Of a stretch of DNA of 5,738 nt, positions 4,854 to 5,738 are shown in pieces. The position numbers and the translations under genes are program-made. Source of the stretch: Fonticula alba ATCC 38817 (taxonomy: Eukaryota; Protista; Nucleariida); the NCBI GenBank assembly GCA_000388065.2, contig KB932217.1; one strand, given 5' to 3'. Position 1 is the first letter of the stretch. Every line of letters starts with the position of its first letter. A model generated the notes under the pieces. That model did not search any database. It was not told the DNA's origin and was given only the letters and a program-made list of their open reading frames with translations.

Positions 4854-5738
4854 CGGCTGAGTCTCCTCCACCTGACGACGCTCGATGGTGGCCTCCTTCA
4901 TGCGGGCACGGCGCGCGCGGCGGTCATCACGGCCGCTGTCCTTGCCGCGGGACTTCTTCGGGCCCTGCTGCGCGGCATGGTAGTCCGCCAGCACCTTCTG
5001 AATGGTGCGCAGCGAGGCCCCGGCCGCCAGCGACACATTGGCCGCCTCGCCGGTGCCCACCAGCCGGTTGAGCAGCTCGCCGCAGATCTTCAGGAACCGC
5101 CGGTACTCGTCCCAGGCAACCTGCTCGGCCTCGGCGATGCGGAGCTGCTCCAGCGCCTCGCCGGCCTCCTCGCCGTCGGTCGACTCCAGATACCCCTCCA
5201 GCTTGGCCTGCAGGTCCATCAGCATGTCCAGGTCCACCGGGGCAGCGAGCTGCTCCTCGGCGCACAGGCCGGCCAGCTGGTCCAGCGCCTCGGCGACCTC
5301 CCCATCACGGGGCAGGCCGGCCAGCAGCGGCCCCAGGCTCTGCTTGGCGGCCACCCGCTTCGGCACCACCGTCTGCGCCACGGTGGCCTTCACGGCGTCC
5401 CGGTCGGCCGACAGGGTCACGCGCGCCTCGAACAGCTGGTCCGCCGCGCCGGCCAGCACGGCCGCCGTGGCCTCGTCCAGCGACGAGCCAGCCGCCTGCA
5501 GCGGCCCGAACACCTCGGTCTCCAGGCGCTGCAGCATCCGCATGGCCGGCGTGATGGCGTCCTCAATGGCCACCAGGTAGTCCGGGATGGCAACCGGCTC
5601 CTCGGGCTCCGGCGACGGCGAGGGGGAAGGCTCGGGCTCGGGCTCGGGCTCGGGCTCCGGCTCCGGCTCCGGGGCGGTGACGGGCTCCTCCGCCTCATCC
5701 TCGGCCGGGAAGTCCTCATCGTAGTCATACTCCTGGCG
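4854..5738 (-). CDS. Large exon, 295 codons, 5' end at or beyond the window edge: acidic/Pro-Glu region, putative all-alpha domain and basic tail; function unknown, possibly the N-terminal extension of the ABCF protein
   Basis: Stop-free from 5738 to 4854: RQEYDYDEDFPAEDEAEEPVTAPEPEPEPEPEPEPEPSPSPSPEPEEPVAIPDYLVAIEDAITPAMRMLQRLETEVF...LADYHAAQQGPKKSRGKDSGRDDRRARRARMKEATIERRQVEETQP. Third codon positions are nearly all G/C and composition is protein-like, unlike the G/P/R/A-rich shadow ORFs. It ends at a consensus donor CCG|GTATGT (4853-4848, phase 0), after which sequence becomes poly-G/poly-T. An alternative same-phase donor CAG|GTGGAG lies at 4872/4871. CGCCAG at 5738-5733 could be the acceptor. 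Confidence 0.85.
5629..5670 (-). repeat. Coding hexamer repeat (GGCTCS)7 on the plus strand, encoding (Glu-Pro)7
   Basis: Four GGCTCG plus three GGCTCC units; variation is confined to the synonymous Pro third position in the assigned frame. Confidence 0.9.

Noticed and set aside
5002-5580. Antisense plus-strand ORF (also the plus-strand ORFs spanning the ABCF exon)
   Set aside because: Shadow ORFs caused by high-GC3 codon usage on the opposite strand.
5417-5728. RS/SP-rich ORF resembling an SR protein
   Set aside because: It is the alternative frame of the (EP)7 repeat. The EP frame has the GC3 bias and continues for 295 codons.

Overview
Extremely GC-rich eukaryotic genomic DNA from a draft assembly, with three N gaps (1822-2396, 4117-4126, 4727-4736). 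Two minus-strand exons are well supported. (i) 2463-2941 encodes the first half of nucleotide-binding domain 1 of an ABCF-family (ABCF1-like) translation-associated ATPase, bounded by TACAG| and |GTACGT. (ii) 4854-5738 (open at the window edge) encodes an acidic/(EP)7 segment, a ~210-aa helical-looking region I do not recognise, and a basic tail ending at |GTATGT. The donor of (ii) and the acceptor of (i) are both phase 0, so they may be one gene, an ABCF1-like protein with an unusual N-terminal domain. The 1.9-kb interval between them holds candidate splicing elements: a possible stop-containing cassette exon, YGCY and (UG)16 tracts, G-runs, and a possible internal promoter with an alternative first exon. 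Bases 1-1821 appear non-coding (about 80% GC in spot counts) with microsatellites, homopolymer runs and G4/hairpin motifs, and lack the rest of the ABCF coding sequence. I found no tRNA, rRNA, CRISPR array or mobile element. The organism cannot be assigned from the sequence. Nothing here is a demonstrated new system; the splicing hypotheses need RNA-seq and gap closure.
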